A DNA stretch of 45,635 nucleotides from a virus. Its lineage: Duplodnaviria; Heunggongvirae; Uroviricota; Caudoviricetes. The stretch lies in the IMG/VR virus record IMGVR_UViG_2671180631_000012. One strand, given 5' to 3'. The first letter of the stretch is position 1. Each line of letters opens with the position of its first letter. The position numbers and the translations under genes were made by a program. Of the stretch, positions 43,708 to 45,635 are shown one piece after another. The notes beneath the pieces are model-generated. The model searched no databases and was not told the DNA's origin. It worked only from the letters and a program-made list of their open reading frames with translations.

Positions 43708-43902
43708 ATGAGATATGACAATGTTAAACCATGTCCATTTTGTGGTTGTCCATCAGTAACGGTGAAAGCCATTTCAGGATATTACCGAGCGAAGTGTAAC
43801 GGATGCGAATCCCGAACCGGTTATGGTGGAAGTGAAAAAGAAGCACTCGAACGATGAAATAAACGAACCACTGGAAATAATAATGGAGGTGTTCATGTAT
43901 AA
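43708..43902 (+). CDS. ralR: Restriction alleviation protein RalR (Lar)
   Basis: Own translation MRYDNVKPCPFCGCPSVTVKAISGYYRAKCNGCESRTGYGGSEKEALERWNKRTTGNNNGGVHV (64 aa); position after recT. Confidence 0.75.
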
Positions 43903-44083
43903 AATTACCGCCACTATTGAAAAGGAAGGTGGCACTCCTACTAACTGGACAAGATATTCAAAATCTAAACTAACGAAATCAGAATGCGAAAAAATGCTCT
44001 CAGGTAAAAAAGAAGCAGGCGTTTCCAGAGAGCAGAAAGTAAAACTGATAAATTTTAATTGCGAGAAACTTCAGTCCTCGTGA
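43883..44083 (+). CDS. ydaC: YdaC-like small protein
   Basis: ORF 43823-44083; start chosen at MEVFMYKITATIEKEGG; overlaps the ralR 3' end. Confidence 0.5.
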   Translation: MEVFMYKITATIEKEGGTPTNWTRYSKSKLTKSECEKMLSGKKEAGVSREQKVKLINFNCEKLQSS

Positions 44084-44182
44084 ATTGCATTGTATTCAAA
44101 TTAAAACTTCATAGCTGATTATTAATAATCAACATCGGGCGTCAATTTAAGTCTAACATTGGCGCCTGCCAGAGGTGATGCG

Positions 44183-44398
44183 ATGGCACAAGTAATCTTT
44201 AATGAAGAGTGGATGGTTGAATACGGCCTGATGCTTCGCACTGGTCTGGGGGCCAGACAAATTGAAGCATACCGCCAGAACTGTTGGGTGGAAGGCTTCC
44301 ACTTCAAACGAGTATCTCCTTTAGGGAAGCCAGACAGTAAGCGAGGGATTATCTGGTATAACTATCCAAAGATAAATCAGTTTATCAAAGACTCATGA
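44183..44398 (+). CDS. xisR: Excisionase-like protein (XisR/YdaQ)
   Basis: ORF 44159-44398; from [21 protein letters not shown] the product is 71 aa; immediately upstream of int. Confidence 0.7.
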   Translation: MAQVIFNEEWMVEYGLMLRTGLGARQIEAYRQNCWVEGFHFKRVSPLGKPDSKRGIIWYNYPKINQFIKDS

Positions 44399-44399
44399 T

Positions 44400-45635
44400 A
44401 TGTCTAAATTACCAACAGGTGTCGAGATTCGAGGTAAATACATTCGCATCTGGTTCATGTTTCGAGGAAAACGATGTCGGGAAACATTGAAAGGCTGGGA
44501 GGTTACTAACAGTAACATTAAAAAAGCCGGGAATTTAAGAGCGTTGATAGTTCATGAAATCAATTCCGGTGAGTTTGAGTATTTAAGACGTTTTCCCCAG
44601 TCCAGCACTGGGGCAAAAATGGTGACAACGAGGGTCATAAAAACGTTCGGGGAGCTTTGTGATATCTGGACAAAAATTAAAGAAACAGAGTTAACAACAA
44701 ACACAATGAAGAAAACGAAATCACAATTAAAAACACTCAGGATAATAATTTGTGAGAGTACTCCGATATCGCATATTCGTTATAGCGATATCTTAAACTA
44801 CCGGAATGAACTGCTGCATGGAGAAACGCTTTACCTGGATAATCCAAGATCCAACAAAAAAGGAAGAACCGTGCGCACAGTTGATAACTATATCGCCCTG
44901 CTCTGTTCGTTGTTACGTTTTGCGTATCAGTCGGGATTTATATCAACCAAACCATTTGAAGGAGTAAAGAAATTACAGAGAAACAGAATAAAGCCTGACC
45001 CGTTATCTAAAACAGAATTCAATGCATTAATGGAAAGTGAAAAAGGACAGAGCCAGAACTTGTGGAAATTTGCCGTATACTCCGGGCTTCGTCACGGGGA
45101 ACTGGCTGCTCTGGCGTGGGAGGATGTGGATTTCGAGAAGGGAGTTGTGAATGTCAGAAGAAACCTGACGATACTGGATATGTTCGGTCCCCCAAAAACA
45201 AATGCGGGGATCCGGACGGTAACACTACTGCAGCCTGCTCTTGAAGCACTGAAGGAGCAATACAAACTGACCGGGCATCATCGCAAAAGCGAAATCACTT
45301 TTTATCATCGGGAGTACGGCAGAACCGAAAAGCAAAAACTGCATTTTGTTTTCATGCCCAGAGTGTGTAACGGAAAACAGAAACCTTATTACTCGGTAAG
45401 CAGTTTGGGTGCGAGATGGAATGCAGCAGTAAAACGTGCTGGTATTCGCCGCCGTAATCCGTACCATACGCGGCATACTTTTGCCTGCTGGCTGTTGACG
45501 GCAGGAGCGAACCCGGCGTTTATAGCCAGCCAGATGGGGCATGAAACTGCGCAGATGGTGTATGAAATTTACGGTATGTGGATTGATGACATGAACGACG
45601 AACAGGTAGCCATGTTGAATGCGCGGTTATCGTAG
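44400..45635 (+). CDS. intR: Tyrosine-type integrase
   Basis: 411-aa ORF with C-terminal catalytic-region residues (...HTRHTFACWLL...GHETAQMVYEIYG); stop codon is the last 3 nt of the window. Confidence 0.9.
   Translation: MSKLPTGVEIRGKYIRIWFMFRGKRCRETLKGWEVTNSNIKKAGNLRALIVHEINSGEFEYLRRFPQSSTGAKMVTTRVIKTFGELCDIWTKIKETELTTNTMKKTKSQLKTLRIIICESTPISHIRYSDILNYRNELLHGETLYLDNPRSNKKGRTVRTVDNYIALLCSLLRFAYQSGFISTKPFEGVKKLQRNRIKPDPLSKTEFNALMESEKGQSQNLWKFAVYSGLRHGELAALAWEDVDFEKGVVNVRRNLTILDMFGPPKTNAGIRTVTLLQPALEALKEQYKLTGHHRKSEITFYHREYGRTEKQKLHFVFMPRVCNGKQKPYYSVSSLGARWNAAVKRAGIRRRNPYHTRHTFACWLLTAGANPAFIASQMGHETAQMVYEIYGMWIDDMNDEQVAMLNARLS

Overview
The whole window is the interior of one lambdoid, Rac-type enterobacterial prophage; neither attachment site is inside it. 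Reading left to right: a truncated lom (minus strand), then a leftward late operon (J, I, K, L, M, tape measure, G/GT chaperone with a -1 frameshift site, major tail, neck proteins, major capsid, scaffold, head morphogenesis, portal, terminase large and small), a ParB-like nuclease plus a possible glycosyltransferase-fold protein, the trkG potassium transporter, a phage-21-type lysis cassette (Rz/Rz1, SAR endolysin, dual-start pinholin), two TolA domain-III-like lipoproteins in the Q-to-S slot, a Q-like antiterminator, nin-like genes, an AT-rich cargo region, replication genes (ydaV/ydaU), ydaT/ydaS, the racR immunity region with repeated operator-like palindromes, and a rightward operon ydaG-ydaF, (sieB opposite), kilR-ydaE-racC-recE-recT-ralR-ydaC-xis-int ending at the window edge. 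The most interesting candidate is the AT-rich two-gene operon at 31754-33793 (a protein with a C-terminal HEPN-like RNHLVH motif followed by a protein with a GNAT-like C-terminus), which I propose as a possible defence or toxin module. All calls rest on reading the supplied translations and sequence and on recalled family knowledge; no searches were run. Four N-runs are scaffold gaps, and two of them in J are flanked by near-duplicate sequence, so J is artefactually long and possibly chimeric.
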